Assembly: GCA_964187785.1 (NCBI GenBank)
Contig: OZ076410.1
Location: 52,204,001-52,268,000, forward strand
Direction: 5' to 3'
DNA length: 64,000 nt
Source of the DNA: Amphiscolops sp. MND2022
Taxonomy: Eukaryota
A program made the position numbers and the translations under genes. Within the stretch, counting starts at the first letter, position 1. Each line of letters opens with the position of its first letter. Below, in pieces: positions 1 to 14,600 of this stretch. The notes below the pieces were generated by a model. The model searched no databases. It saw only the letters and a list, made by a program, of their open reading frames with translations, and was not told the origin of the DNA.

Positions 1-3000
1 TATCTGTTTCATACAACAGTTGAAATAGTTTGGGTAGCACTTCTCAGCTTCGTTCTTTTGTCTTACTTGCTAGAGGAAGGCAAAACACAAAGCTGAGTAG
101 TGCCACCCAAACTAATTCAACTGTAGTATGATACTGAGAATTTCCAGATCATACGTGTTAGACACTCAAGCAGAACTGTGCAAAAATGATGAGATCTTGG
201 TGGAAAACTATCATGCATCAAAACTATGATAATTCATCACAAACTGAAATATACTATCGGAGCACAATTGATATAGAAGCCCTCATACATCCCAGGCCTA
301 TTCGACGGAAAAATATTGTCTGAAGAGGGAACGGAAGCGACTTTCCAAAATAGAAAAATCAACTCTTGGAGGTTATCATCAGGGTTCATAAAAGAAAAAT
401 TTCATCACATCGCTGGAGGAAGAAGCTACAGTTCCGATAAGACCCCAAAACTAACTTCAATAATGGACGATATTGATACATAATGGTTCAGTGAGTTTGA
501 TAGCTGAACAGTAAAAGATCACAGTTCATGGCGAAAAATACCGTGCCTCAGAAACGACAACTTTACCACAAAGTTGAATCCACACACAGTATATATTCGA
601 CAAAAAACTTCTTTCATTCCTGCATTTCCACGAAGACCAGAACATAGCACATGGAATGGATGGTACAAAGTTTCCGAACTAAAAAAGCTCAGTACTTGGT
701 TGATTGCAACAAGACTCCTTTGGGAAAAACATCCTAAAGATACATGCGTCTAACATGCGTGATTTAGAATATCAGTTTCATAAAACAGTCGAAATAGTTT
801 GGGTAGCACTTCTCAGCTTCGTTCTTTTGTCTTACTTGCTAGAGGAAGGCAAAACACAAAGCTGAGTAGTGCCACCCAAACTAATTCAACTGTAGTATGA
901 TACTGAGAATTTCCAGATCATACGTGTTAGACACTCAAGCAGAACTGTGCAAAAATGATGAGATCTTGGTGGAAAACTATCATGCATCAAAACTATGATA
1001 ATTCATCACAAACTGAAATATACTATCGGAGCACAATTGATATAGAAGCCCTCATACATCCCAGGCCTACTCGACGGAAAAATATTGTCTGAAGAGGGAA
1101 CGAAAGCGACTTTCCAAAATAGAAAAAATCAACTCTTGGAGGTTATCATCAGGGTTCATAAATGAAAAATTTCATCACATCGCTGGAGGAAGAAGCTACA
1201 GTTCCGATAAGACCCCAAAACTAACCTTAATAATGGACGATATTGATACATTATGGTTCAGGGAGTTTGATAGCTGAACAGTAAAAGATCACAGTTCATG
1301 GCGAAAAATACCGTGCCTCAGAAACGACAACTTTACCACAAAGTTGATTCCACTCCCAGTACAAATTCGAAACAAAAAACTTCTTCCATGCGTGCATTTC
1401 CACGAATGCCAGGTCATAGCACTGGGAATGGATGGTACAAAGTTTTCGAACTAAAAAAGCTCAGCACCTGGTTGATTGCAACAAGAGTCCTTTGGGAGAA
1501 ACATCCCAAAGATACATGCGTCTAACATGCGTGATTTAGAATATCTGTTTCATACAACAGTTGAAATAGTTTGGGTAGCACTTCTCAGCTTCGTTCTTTT
1601 GTCTTACTTGCTAGAGGAAGGCAAAACACAAAGCTGAGTAGTGCCACCCAAACTAATTCAACTGTAGTATGATACTGAGAATTTCCAGATCATACGTGTT
1701 AGACACTCAAGCAGAACTGTGCAAAAATGATGAGATCTTGGTGGAAAACTATCATGCATCAAAACTATGATAATTCATCACAAACTGAAATATACTATCG
1801 GAGCACAATTGATATAGAAGCCCTCATACATCCCAGGCCTACTCGACGGAAAAATATTGTCTGAAGAGGGAACGGAAGCGACTTTCCAAAATAGAAAAAT
1901 CAACTCTTGGAGGTTATCATCAGGGTTCATAAAAGAAAAATTTCATCACATCGCTGGAGGAAGAAGCTACAGTTCCGATAAGACCCCAAAACTAACTTCA
2001 ATAATGGACGATATTGATACATTATGGTTCAGTGAGTTTGATAGCTGAACAGTAAAAGATCACAGTTCATGGCGAAAAATACCGTGCCTCAGAAACGACA
2101 ACTTTACCACAAAGTTGAATCCACACACAGTATATATTCGACAAAAAACTTCTTTCATTCCTGCATTTCCACGAAGACCAGAACATAGCACATGGAATGG
2201 ATGGTACAAAGTTTCCGAACTAAAAAAGCTCAGTACTTGGTTGATTGCAACAAGACTCCTTTGGGAAAAACATCCTAAAGATACATGCGTCTAACATGCG
2301 TGATTTAGAATATCAGTTTCATAAAACAGTCGAAATAGTTTGGGTAGCACTTCTCAGCTTCGTTCTTTTGTCTTACTTGCTAGAGGAAGGCAAAACACAA
2401 AGCTGAGTAGTGCCACCCAAACTAATTCAACTGTAGTATGATACTGAGAATTTCCAGATCATACGTGTTAGACACTCAAGCAGAACTGTGCAAAAATGAT
2501 GAGATCTTGGTGGAAAACTATCATGCATCAAAACTATGATAATTCATCACAAACTGAAATATACTATCGGAGCACAATTGATATAGAAGCCCTCATACAT
2601 CCCAGGCCTACTCGACGGAAAAATATTGTCTGAAGAGGAAACGGAAGCGACTTTCCAAAATAGAAAAAATCAACTCTTGGAGGTTATCATCAGGGTTCAT
2701 AAATGAAAAATTTCATCACATCGCTGGAGGAAGAAGCTACAGTTCCGATAAGACCCCAAAACTAACCTTAATAATGGACGATATTGATACATTATGGTCC
2801 AGGGAGTTTGATAGCTGAACAGTAAAAGATCACAGTTCATGGCGAAAAATACCGTGCCTCAGAAACGACAACTTTACCACAAAGTTGATTCCACTCCCAG
2901 TACAAATTCGAAACAAAAAACTTCTTCCATGCGTGCATTTCCACGAATGCTAGGTCATAGCACTGGGAATGGATGGTACAAAGTTTTCGAACTAAAAAAG

Positions 3001-5950
3001 CTCAGCACCTGGTTGATTGCAACAAGAGTCCTTTGGGAGAAACATCCCAAAGATACATGCGTCTAACATGCGTGATTTAGAATATCTGTTTCATACAACA
3101 GTTGAAATAGTTTGGGTAGCACTTCTCAGCTTCGTTCTTTTGTCTTACTTGCTAGAGGAAGGCAAAACACAAAGCTGAGTAGTGCCACCCAAACTAATTC
3201 AACTGTAGTATGATACTGAGAATTTCCAGATCATACGTGTTAGACACTCAAGCAGAACTGTGCAAAAATGATGAGATCTTGGTGGAAAACTATCATGCAT
3301 CAAAACTATGATAATTCATCACAAACTGAAATATACTATCGGAGCACAATTGATATAGAAGCCCTCATACATCCCAGGCCTACTCGACGGAAAAATATTG
3401 TCTGAAGAGGGAACGGAAGCGACTTTCCAAAATAGAAAAATCAACTCTTGGAGGTTATCATCAGGGTTCATAAATGAAAAATTTCATCACATCGCTGGAG
3501 GAAGAAGCTACAGTTCCGATAAGACCCCAAAACTAACTTCAATAATGGACGATATTGATACATTATGGTTCAGTGAGTTTGATAGCTGAACAGTAAAAGA
3601 TCACAGTTCATGGCGAAAAATACCGTGCCTCAGAAACGACAACTTTACCACAAAGTTGAATCCACACACAGTATATATTCGACAAAAAACTTCTTTCATT
3701 CCTGCATTTCCACGAAGACCAGAACATAGCACATGGAATGGATGGTACAAAGTTTCCGAACTAAAAAAGCTCAGTACTTGGTTGATTGCAACAAGACTCC
3801 TTTGGGAAAAACATCCTAAAGATACATGCGTCTAACATGCGTGATTTAGAATATCAGTTTCATAAAACAGTCGAAATAGTTTGGGTAGCACTTCTCAGCT
3901 TCGTTCTTTTGTCTTACTTGCTAGAGGAAGGCAAAACACAAAGCTGAGTAGTGCCACCCAAACTAATTCAACTGTAGTATGATACTGAGAATTTCCAGAT
4001 CATACGTGTTAGACACTCAAGCAGAACTGTGCAAAAATGATGAGATCTTGGTGGAAAACTATCATGCATCAAAACTATGATAATTCATCACAAACTGAAA
4101 TATACTATCGGAGCACAATTGATATAGAAGCCCTCATACATCCCAGGCCTACTCGACGGAAAAATATTGTCTGAAGAGGGAACGGAAGCGACTTTCCAAA
4201 ATAGAAAAAATCAACTCTTGGAGGTTATCATCAGGGTTCATAAATGAAAAATTTCATCACATCGCTGGAGGAAGAAGCTACAGTTCCGATAAGACCCCAA
4301 AACTAACCTTAATAATGGACGATATTGATACATTATGGTTCAGGGAGTTTGATAGCTGAACAGTAAAAGATCACAGTTCATGGCGAAAAATACCGTGCCT
4401 CAGAAACGACAACTTTACCACAAAGTTGATTCCACTCCCAGTACAAATTCGAAACAAAAAACTTCTTCCATGCGTGCATTTCCACGAATGCCAGGTCATA
4501 GCACTGGGAATGGATGGTACAAAGTTTTCGAACTAAAAAAGCTCAGCACCTGGTTGATTGCAACAAGAGTCCTTTGGGAGAAACATCCTAAAGATACATG
4601 CGTCTAACATGCGTGATTTAGAATATCAGTTTCATAAAACAGTCGAAATAGTTTGGGTAGCACTTCTCAGCTTCGTTCTTTTGTCTTACTTGCTAGAGGA
4701 AGGCAAAACACAAAGCTGAGTAGTGCCACCCAAACTAATTCAACTGTAGTATGATACTGAGAATTTCCAGATCATACGTTAGACACTCAAGCAGAACTGT
4801 GCAAAAATGATGAGATCTTGGTGGAAAACTATCATGCATCAAAACTATGATAATTCATCACAAACTGAAATATACTATCGGAGCACAATTGATATAGAAG
4901 CCCTCATACATCCCAGGCCTACTCGACGGAAAAATATTGTCTGAAGAGGGAACGGAAGCGACTTTCCAAAATAGAAAAATCAACTCTTGGAGGTTATCAT
5001 CAGGGTTCATAAATGAAAAATTTCATCACATCGCTGGAGGCAGAAGCTACAGTTCCGATAAGACCCCAAAACTAACTTTAATAATGGACGATATTGATAC
5101 ATTATGGTTCAGTGAGTTTGATAGCTGAACAGTAAAAGATCACAGTTCATGGCGAAAAAAACCGTGCCTCAGAAACGACAACTTTACCACAAAGTTGAAT
5201 CCACACACAGTATATATTCGACAAAAAACTTCTTTCATTCCTGCATTTCCACGAAGACCAGAACATAGCACATGGAATGGATGGTACAAAGTTTCCGAAC
5301 TAAAAAAGCTCAGTACTTGGTTGATTGCAACAAGACTCCTTTGGGAAAAACATCCTAAAGATACATGCGTCTAACATGCGTGATTTAGAATATCAGTTTC
5401 ATAAAACAGTCGAAATAGTTTGGGTAGCACTTCTCAGCTTCGTTCTTTTGTCTTACTTGCTAGAGGAAGGCAAAACACAAAGCTGAGTAGTGCCACCCAA
5501 ACTAATTCAACTGTAGTATGATACTGAGAATTTCCAGATCATACGTGTTAGACACTCAAGCAGAACTGTGCAAAAATGATGAGATCTTGGTGGAAAACTA
5601 TCATGCATCAAAACTATGATAATTCATCACAAACTGAAATATACTATCGGAGCACAATTGATATAGAAGCCCTCATACATCCCAGGCCTACTCGACGGAA
5701 AAATATTGTCTGAAGAGGGAACGGAAGCGACTTTCCAAAATAGAAAAAATCAACTCTTGGAGGTTATCATCAGGGTTCATAAATGAAAAATTTCATCACA
5801 TCGCTGGAGGAAGAAGCTACAGTTCCGATAAGACCCCAAAACTAACCTTAATAATGGACGATATTGATACATTATGGTTCAGGGAGTTTGATAGCTGAAC
5901 AGTAAAAGATCACAGTTCATGGCGAAAAATACCGTGCCTCAGAAACGACA
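1..5950. repeat. Dimeric higher-order repeat, period 1541 bp
   Basis: Near-identical ORFs start at 1298, 2839 and 4380 (offset 1541). Alternate monomers differ at gattccactccc versus gaatccacacac. Confidence 0.92.
1520..1704. repeat. Imperfect inverted repeat of about 185 bp (foldback) present in nearly every monomer; example copy
   Basis: The left arm gtctaac...tcatacaacagttgaaatagtttgggtagcacttctcagctt faces the right arm aagctgagtagtgccacccaaactaattcaactgtagtatga...gttagac. The 42-bp core has 4 mismatches. A perfect 8-bp stem (ctttggga gaaaca tcccaaag, 1490-1511) lies just upstream. Confidence 0.93.
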
Positions 5951-6149
5951 ACTTTACCACAAAGTTGAATCCACACTCAGTATATATTCGACAAAAAACT
6001 TCTTTCATTCCTGCATTTCCACGAAGACCAGAACATAGCACATGGAATGGATGGTACAAAGTTTCCGAACTAAAAAAGCTCAGTACTTGGTTGATTGCAA
6101 CAAGACTCCTTTGGGAAAAACATCCTAAAGATACATGCGTCTAACATGC

Positions 6150-9100
6150 GTGATTCAGAATATCAGTTTCATACAACAGTCGAAAAAGTTTGGGTAGCAC
6201 ATCCCAGCTTCGTTCTGTCTTACATGCTAGAGGAAGGCAAAGCACGAAGCTGAGTAGTGCCACCCAAACATTTTCAACTTTAGTATGATACTGAGACTTT
6301 CTAGATCATACGTGTTAGACACTCAAGCAGAACTGGCAAAAACGATCAGAGATCTTGGTGGAAAGCTATCATGCATCAAAACTGTGAAATTTCATCACAA
6401 ACTGAAATAAACTATCGGAGTACAATCAATATAGAAGCACTCATACACGCCAGGCCTACTCGACGGAAAAATATTGTCTGGAGAGGGAACGTAAGACATT
6501 CAAAAAGAGAAAAATCAGTTCTTGGTGGTTAGCATCAGGTTTCATATATGAAGAGCTTCATCACACCGTTGCAGGAAGAAGCTACAGTTCCGAAAAGACC
6601 CCAAGACTAACCTAAATATTGGACGATATTGATACATTAAGGTTCAGGGAGTTTCATAGCTGAACAGGTAAAAGATCACAGTTCATGGCGAAAAATACCG
6701 TGCCTTAGAAACGACAACTTTACCACAAAGTTGAATCCACACTCAGTATATATTCGACAAAAAACTTCTTTCATTCCTGCATTTCCACGAAGACCAGAAC
6801 ATAGCACATGGAATGGATGGTACAAAGTTTCCGAACTAAAAAAGCTCAGTACTTGGTTGATTGCAACAAGACTCCTTTGGGAAAAACATCCTAAAGATAC
6901 ATGCGTCTAACATGCGTGATTTAGAATATCAGTTTCATACAACAGTCGAAATAGTTTGGGTAGTACTTTTCAGCTTCGTTCTTTTGTCTTACTTGCTAGA
7001 GGAAGGCAAAACACAAAGCTGAGTAGTGCCACCCAAACTAATTCAACTGTAGTATGATACTGAGAATTTCCAGATCATACGTGTTAGACACTCAAGCAGA
7101 ACTGTGCAAAAATGATGAGATCTTGGTGGAAAACTATCATGCATCAAATCTATGATAATTCATCACAAACTGAAATATACTATCGGAGCACAATTGATAT
7201 AGAAGCCCTCATACATCCCAGGCCTACTCGACGGAAAAATATTGTCTGAAGAGGGAACGGAAGCGACTTTCAAAATAGAAAAAATCAACTCTTGGAGGTT
7301 ATCATCAGGGTTCATAAATGAAAAATTTCATCACATCGCTGGAGGAAGAAGCTACAGTTCCGAAAAGACCCCAAAACTAACCTTAATAATGGACGATATT
7401 GATACATGATGGTTCAGGGAGTTTGATAGCTGAACAGTAAAAGATCACAGTTCATGGCGAAAAATACCGTGCCTCAGAAACGACAACTTTACCACAAAGT
7501 TGAATCCACACACAGTATATATTCGACAAAAAACTTCTTTCATTCCTGCATTTCCACGAAGACCAGAACATAGCACATGGAATGGATGGTACAAAGTTTC
7601 CGAACTAAAAAAGCTCAGTACTTGGTTGATTGCAACAAGACTCCTTTGGGAAAAACATCCTAAAGATACATGCGTCTAACATGCGTGATTTAGAATATCA
7701 GTTTCATACAACAGTCGAAAAAGTTTGGGTAGCACATCTCAGCTTCGTTCTGCTGTCTTACATGCTAGAGGAAGGCAAATCACGAAGCTGAGTAGTGCCA
7801 CCCAAACATTTTCAACTTTAGTATGATACTGAGACTTTCTAGATCATACGTATTAGACACTCAAGCAGAACTGGCAAAAACGATCAGAGATCTTGGTGGA
7901 AAGCTATCATGCATCAAAACTGTGAAATTTCATCACAAACTGAAATGAACTATCGGAGTACAATCAATATAGAAGCACTCATACACGCCAGGCCTACTCG
8001 ACGGAAAAATATTGTCTGGAGAGGGAACGTAAGACATTCAAAAAGAGAAAAATCAGCTCTTGGTGGTTAGCATCAGGTTTCATATATGAAGAGCTTCATC
8101 ACACCGTTGCAGGAAGAAGCTACAGTTCCGAAAAGACCCCAAGACTAACCTAAATATTGGACGATATTGATACATTAAGGTTCAGGGAGTTTCATAGCTG
8201 AACAGGTAAAAGATCACAGTTCATGGCGAAAAATACCGTGCCTTAGAAACGACAACTTTACCACAAAGTTGAATCCACACTCAGTATATATTCGACAAAA
8301 AACTTCTTTCATTCCTGCATTTCCACGAAGACCAGAACATAGCACATGGAATGGATGGTACAAAGTTTCCGAACTAAAAAAGCTCAGTACTTGGTTGATT
8401 GCAACAAGACTCCTTTGGGAAAAACATCCTAAAGATACATGCGTCTAACATGCGTGATTTAGAATATCAGTTTCATACAACAGTCGAAATAGTTTGGGTA
8501 GCACTTTTCAGCTTCGTTCTTTTGTCTTACTTGCTAGAGGAAGGCAAAACACAAAGCTGAGTAGTGCCACCCAAACTAATTCAACTGTAGTATGATACTG
8601 AGAATTTCCAGATCATACGTGTTAGACACTCAAGCAGAACTGTGCAAAAATGATGAGATCTTGGTGGAAAACTATCATGCATCAAAACTATGATAATTCA
8701 TCACAAACTGAAATATACTATCGGAGCACAATTGATATAGAAGCCCTCATACATCCCAGGCCTACTCGACGGAAAAATATTGTCTGAAGAGGGAACGGAA
8801 GCGACTTTCAAAATAGAAAAAATCAACTCTTGGAGGTTATCATCAGGGTTCATAAATGAAAAATTTCATCACATCGCTGGAGGAAGAAGCTACAGTTCCG
8901 AAAAGACCCCAAAACTAACCTTAATAATGGACGATATTGATACATGATGGTTCAGGGAGTTTGATAGCTGAACAGTAAAAGATCACAGTTCATGGCGAAA
9001 AATACCGTGCCTCAGAAACGACAACTTTACCACAAAGTTGAATCCACACACAGTATATATTCGACAAAAAACTTCTTTCATTCCTGCATTTCCACGAAGA

Positions 9101-9700
9101 CCAGAACATAGCACATGGAATGGATGGTACAAAGTTTCCGAACTAAAAAAGCTCAGTACTTGGTTGATTGCAACAAGACTCCTTTGGGAAAAACATCCTA
9201 AAGATACATGCGTCTAACATGCGTGATTTAGAATATCAGTTTCATACAACAGTCGAAAAAGTTTGGGTAGCACATCTCAGCTTCGTTCTGCTGTCTTACA
9301 TGCTAGAGGAAGGCAAATCACGAAGCTGAGTAGTGCCACCCAAACATTTTCAACTTTAGTATGATACTGAGACTTTCTAGATCATACGTATTAGACACTC
9401 AAGCAGAACTGGCAAAAACGATCAGAGATCTTGGTGGAAAGCTATCATGCATCAAAACTGTGAAATTTCATCACAAACTGAAATGAACTATCGGAGTACA
9501 ATCAATATAGAAGCACTCATACACGCCAGGCCTACTCGACGGAAAAATATTGTCTGGAGAGGGAACGTAAGACATTCAAAAAAGAAAAATCAGCTCTTGG
9601 TGGTTAGCATCAGGTTTCATATATAAAGAGCTTCATCACACCGTTGCAGGAAGAAGCTACAGTACCGAAAAGACCCCAAGACTAACCTAAATATTGGACG
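6150..9700. repeat. Dimeric higher-order repeat, period about 1538 bp, with a different variant combination
   Basis: The variant aacgatcagagatc occurs at 6344, 7882 and 9420, alternating with the aatgatgagatc variant. Confidence 0.8.
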
Positions 9701-11499
9701 ATATTGATACATTAAGGTTCAGGGAGTTTCATAGCTGAACAGGTAAAAGATCAGAGTTCATGGCGGAAAATACCGTGCTTCAGAAACGACAACTTTACCA
9801 CAAAGTTGATTCCACTCCCAGTACAAATTCGAAACAAAAAACTTCTTCCATGCGTGCATTTCCACGAATGCCAGGTCATAGCACTGGGAATGGATGGTAC
9901 AAAGTTTTCGAACTAAAAAAAGCTCAGCTCCTGGTTGATTGCAACAAGAGTCCTTTTTAAGAAACATCCCAAAGATACATGCGTGATTTAGAATATCAGT
10001 TTCATACAACAGTTGAAATAGTTTGGGTAGCACTTCTCAGCTTCGTTCTTTTGTCTTACTTGCTAGAGGAAGGCAAAGCACGAAGCTGAGTACTTGCCAC
10101 CCAAACATTTTCAACTTTAGTATGATACTGACACTTTCCAGATCATACGTGTTAGACACTCAAGTAGAACTGGCAAAAACGATCAGAGATCTTGGTGGAA
10201 AGCTATCATGCATCAAAACTGTGAAATTTCATCACAAACTGAAATGAACTATCGGAGTACAATCACTCATACACGCCAGTTTAGAATATCAGTTTCATAC
10301 AACAGTTGAAATAGTTTGGGTAGCACTTCTCAGCTTCGTTCTTTTGTCTTACTTGCTAGAGGAAGGCAAAACACAAAGCTGAGTAGTGCCACCCAAACTA
10401 ATTCAACTGTAGTATGATACTGAGAATTTCCAGATCATACGTGTTAGGCACTCAAGCAGAACTGTGCAAAAATGATGAGATCTTGGTGGAAAACTATCAT
10501 GCATCAAAACTATGATAATTCATCACAAGATGAAATAAACTATCGGAGTACAATCAATATAGAAGCACTCATACACGCCAGGCCTACTCGACGGAAAAAT
10601 ATTGTCTGGAGAGGGAACGTAAGACATTCAAAAAAAGAAAAATCAGCTCTTGGTGGTTAGCATCAGGTTTCATATATGAAAAGCTTCATCACACCGTTGC
10701 AGGAAGAAGCTACAGTTCCGAAAAGACCCCAAGACTAACCTAAATATTGGACGATAATGATACATTAAGGTTCAGGGAGTTTCATAGCTGAACAGGTAAA
10801 AGATCAGAGTTCATGGCGGAAAATACCGTGCTTCAGAAACGACAACTTTACCACAAAGTTGATTCCACTCCCAGTACAAATTCGAAACAAAAAACTTCTT
10901 CCATGCGTGCATTTCCACGAATGCCAGGTCATAGCACTGGGAATGGATGGTACAAAGTTTTCGAACTAAAAAAGCTCAGCACCTGGTTGATTGCAACAAG
11001 AGTCCTTTGGGAGAAACATCCCTAAGATACATGCGTCTAACATGCGTGATTTAGAATATCAGTTTCATACAACAGTTGAAATAGTTTGGGTGGCACTTCT
11101 CAGCTTCTTTCATTTGTCTTACTTGCTAGAGGAAGGCAAAACACAAAGCTGAGTAGTGCCACCCAAACTAATTCAACTGTAGTATGATACTGAGAATTTC
11201 CAGATCATACGTGTTAGACACTCAAGCAGAACCGTGCAAAAATGATGAGATCTTGGTGGAAAACTATCATGCATCAAAACTATGATAATTCATCACAAAC
11301 TGAAATATACTATCGGAGCACAATTGATATAGAAGCCCTCATACATCCCAGGCCTACTCGACGGAAAAATATTGTCTGAAGAGGGAACGGAAGCGACTTT
11401 CCAAAATAGAAAAAATCAACTCTTGGAGGTTATCATCAGGGTTCATAAATGAAAAATTTCATCACATCGCTGGAGGAAGAAGCTACAGTTCCGAAAAGA

Positions 11500-14400
11500 C
11501 CCCAAAACTAACCTTAATAATGGACGATATTGATACATGATGGTTCAGGGAGTTTGATAGCTGAACAGTAAAAGATCACAGTTCATGGCGAAAAATACCG
11601 TGCCTCAGAAACGACAACTTTACCACAAAGTTGAATCCACACTCAGTATATATTCGACAAAAAACTTCTTTCATTCCTGCATTTCCACGAAGACCAGAAC
11701 ATAGCACATGGAATGGATGGTACAAAGTTTCCGAACTAAAAAAGCTCAGTACTTGGTTGATTGCAACAAGAATACTTTCGGAAAAACATCCCAAAGATAC
11801 ATGCGTCTAACATGCGTGATTTAGAATATCAGTTTCATACAACAGTCGAAAAAGTTTGGGTAGCACATCTCAGCTTCGTTCTTCTGTCTTACATGCTAGA
11901 GGAAGGCAAAGCACGAAGCTGAGTAGTGCCACCCAAACATTTTCAACTTTAGTATGATACTGAGACTTTCTAGATCATACGTGTTAGACACTCAAGCAGA
12001 ACTGGCAAAAAACGATCAGAGATCTTGGTGGAAAGCTATCATGCATCAAAATTGTGAAATTTCATCACAAACTGAAATGAACTATCGGAGTACAATCAAT
12101 ATAGAAGCACTCATACACGCCAGGCCTACTCGACGGAAAAATATTGTCTGGAGAGGGAACGTAAGACATTCAAAAAAAAGAAAAATCAGCTCTTGGTGGT
12201 TAGCATCAGGTTTCATATATAAAGAGCTTCATCACACCGTTGCAGGAAGAAGCTACAGTTCCGAAAAGACCCCAAGACTAACCTAAATACTGGACGATAT
12301 TGATACATTAAGGTTCAGGGAGTTTCATAGCTGAACAGGTAAAAGATCAGAGTTCATGGCGGAAAATACGGTGCTTCAGAAACGACAACATTACCACAAA
12401 GTTGATTCCACTCCCAAAACAAATTCGAAACAAAAAACTTCTTCCATGCGTGCATTTCCACGAATGCCAGGTCATAGCACTGGGAATGGATGGTACAAAG
12501 TTTTCGAACTAAAAAAGCTCAGCACCTGGTTGATTGCAACAAGAGTCCTTTGGGAGAAACATCCCAAAGATACATGCGTGATTCAGAATATCAGTTTCAT
12601 ACAACAGTTGAAATAGTTTGGGTAGCACTTCTCAGCTTCGTTCTTTTGTCTTACTTGCTAGAGGAAGGCAAAGCACGAAGCTGAGTACTTGCCACCCAAA
12701 CATTTTCAACTTTAGTATGATACTGACACTTTCCAGATCATACGTGTTAGACACTCAAGCAGAACCGTGCAAAAATGATGAGATCTTGGTGGAAAACTAT
12801 CATGCATCAAAACTATGATAATTCATCACAAACTGAAATATACTATCGGAGCACAATTGATATAGAAGCCCTCATACATCCCAGGCCTACTCGACGGAAA
12901 AATATTGTCTGAAGAGGGAACGGAAGCGACTTCCAAAATAGAAAAAATCAACTCTTGGAGGTTATCATCAGGGTTCATAAATGAAAAATTTCATCACATC
13001 GCTGGAGGAAGAAGCTACAGTTCCGAAAAGACCCCAAAACTAACCTTAATAATGGACGATATTGATACATGATGGTTCAGGGAGTTTGATAGCTGAACAG
13101 TAAAAGATCACAGTTCATGGCGAAAAATACCGTGCCTCAGAAACGACAACTTTACCACAAAGTTGAATCCACACTCAGTATATATTCGACAAAAAACTTC
13201 TTTCATTCCTGCATTTCCACGAAGACCAGAACATAGCACATGGAATGGATGGTACAAAGTTTCCGAACTAAAAAAGCTCAGTACTTGGTTGATTGCAACA
13301 AGAATACTTTCGGAAAAACATCCCAAAGATACATGCGTCTAACATGCGTGATTTAGAATATCAGTTTCATACAACAGTCGAAAAAGTTTGGGTAGCACAT
13401 CTCAGCTTCGTTCTTCTGTCTTACATGCTAGAGGAAGGCAAAGCACGAAGCTGAGTAGTGCCACCCAAACATTTTCAACTTTAGTATGATACTGAGACTT
13501 TCTAGATCATACGTGTTAGACACTCAAGCAGAACTGGCAAAAAACGATCAGAGATCTTGGTGGAAAGCTATCATGCATCAAAATTGTGAAATTTCATCAC
13601 AAACTGAAATGAACTATCGGAGTACAATCAATATAGAAGCACTCATACACGCCAGGCCTACTCGACGGAAAAATATTGTCTGGAGAGGGAACGTAAGACA
13701 TTCAAAAAAAAGAAAAATCAGCTCTTGGTGGTTAGCATCAGGTTTCATATATAAAGAGCTTCATCACACCGTTGCAGGAAGAAGCTACAGTTCCGAAAAG
13801 ACCCCAAGACTAACCTAAATACTGGACGATATTGATACATTAAGGTTCAGGGAGTTTCATAGCTGAACAGGTAAAAGATCAGAGTTCATGGCGGAAAATA
13901 CGGTGCTTCAGAAACGACAACATTACCACAAAGTTGATTCCACTCCCAAAACAAATTCGAAACAAAAAACTTCTTCCATGCGTGCATTTCCACGAATGCC
14001 AGGTCATAGCACTGGGAATGGATGGTACAAAGTTTTCGAACTAAAAAAAGCTCAGCACCTGGTTGATTGCAACAAGAGTCCTTTGGGAGAAACATCCCAA
14101 AGATACATGCGTGATTCAGAATATCAGTTTCATACAACAGTTGAAATAGTTTGGGTAGCACTTCTCAGCTTCGTTCTTTTGTCTTACTTGCTAGAGGAAG
14201 GCAAAGCACGAAGCTGAGTACTTGCCACCCAAACATTTTCAACTTTAGTATGATACTGACACTTTCCAGATCATACGTGTTAGACACTCAAGCAGAACCG
14301 TGCAAAAATGATGAGATCTTGGTGGAAAACTATCATGCATCAAAACTATGATAATTCATCACAAACTGAAATATACTATCGGAGCACAATTGATATAGAA

Positions 14401-14600
14401 GCCCTCATACATCCCAGGCCTACTCGACGGAAAAATATTGTCTGAAGAGGGAACGGAAGCGACTTCCAAAATAGAAAAAATCAACTCTTGGAGGTTATCA
14501 TCAGGGTTCATAAATGAAAAATTTCATCACATCGCTGGAGGAAGAAGCTACAGTTCCGAAAAGACCCCAAAACTAACCTTAATAATGGACGATATTGATA
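11500..14600. repeat. Dimeric higher-order repeat, period 1532 bp
   Basis: ORF pairs 11576/13108, 11954/13486 and 12356/13888 are all offset by 1532. Confidence 0.9.

Noticed and set aside
118-135. tgtagtat match to the U2 snRNA branch-recognition region; monomer as a snRNA, SL or 5S gene repeat
   Set aside because: Only about 8 nt match. I found no flanking U2 sequence, Sm site, or 5S/SL similarity.
590-615. CENP-B-box-like motif around ttcgacaaaaaact
   Set aside because: It lacks the CGGG half of the consensus.
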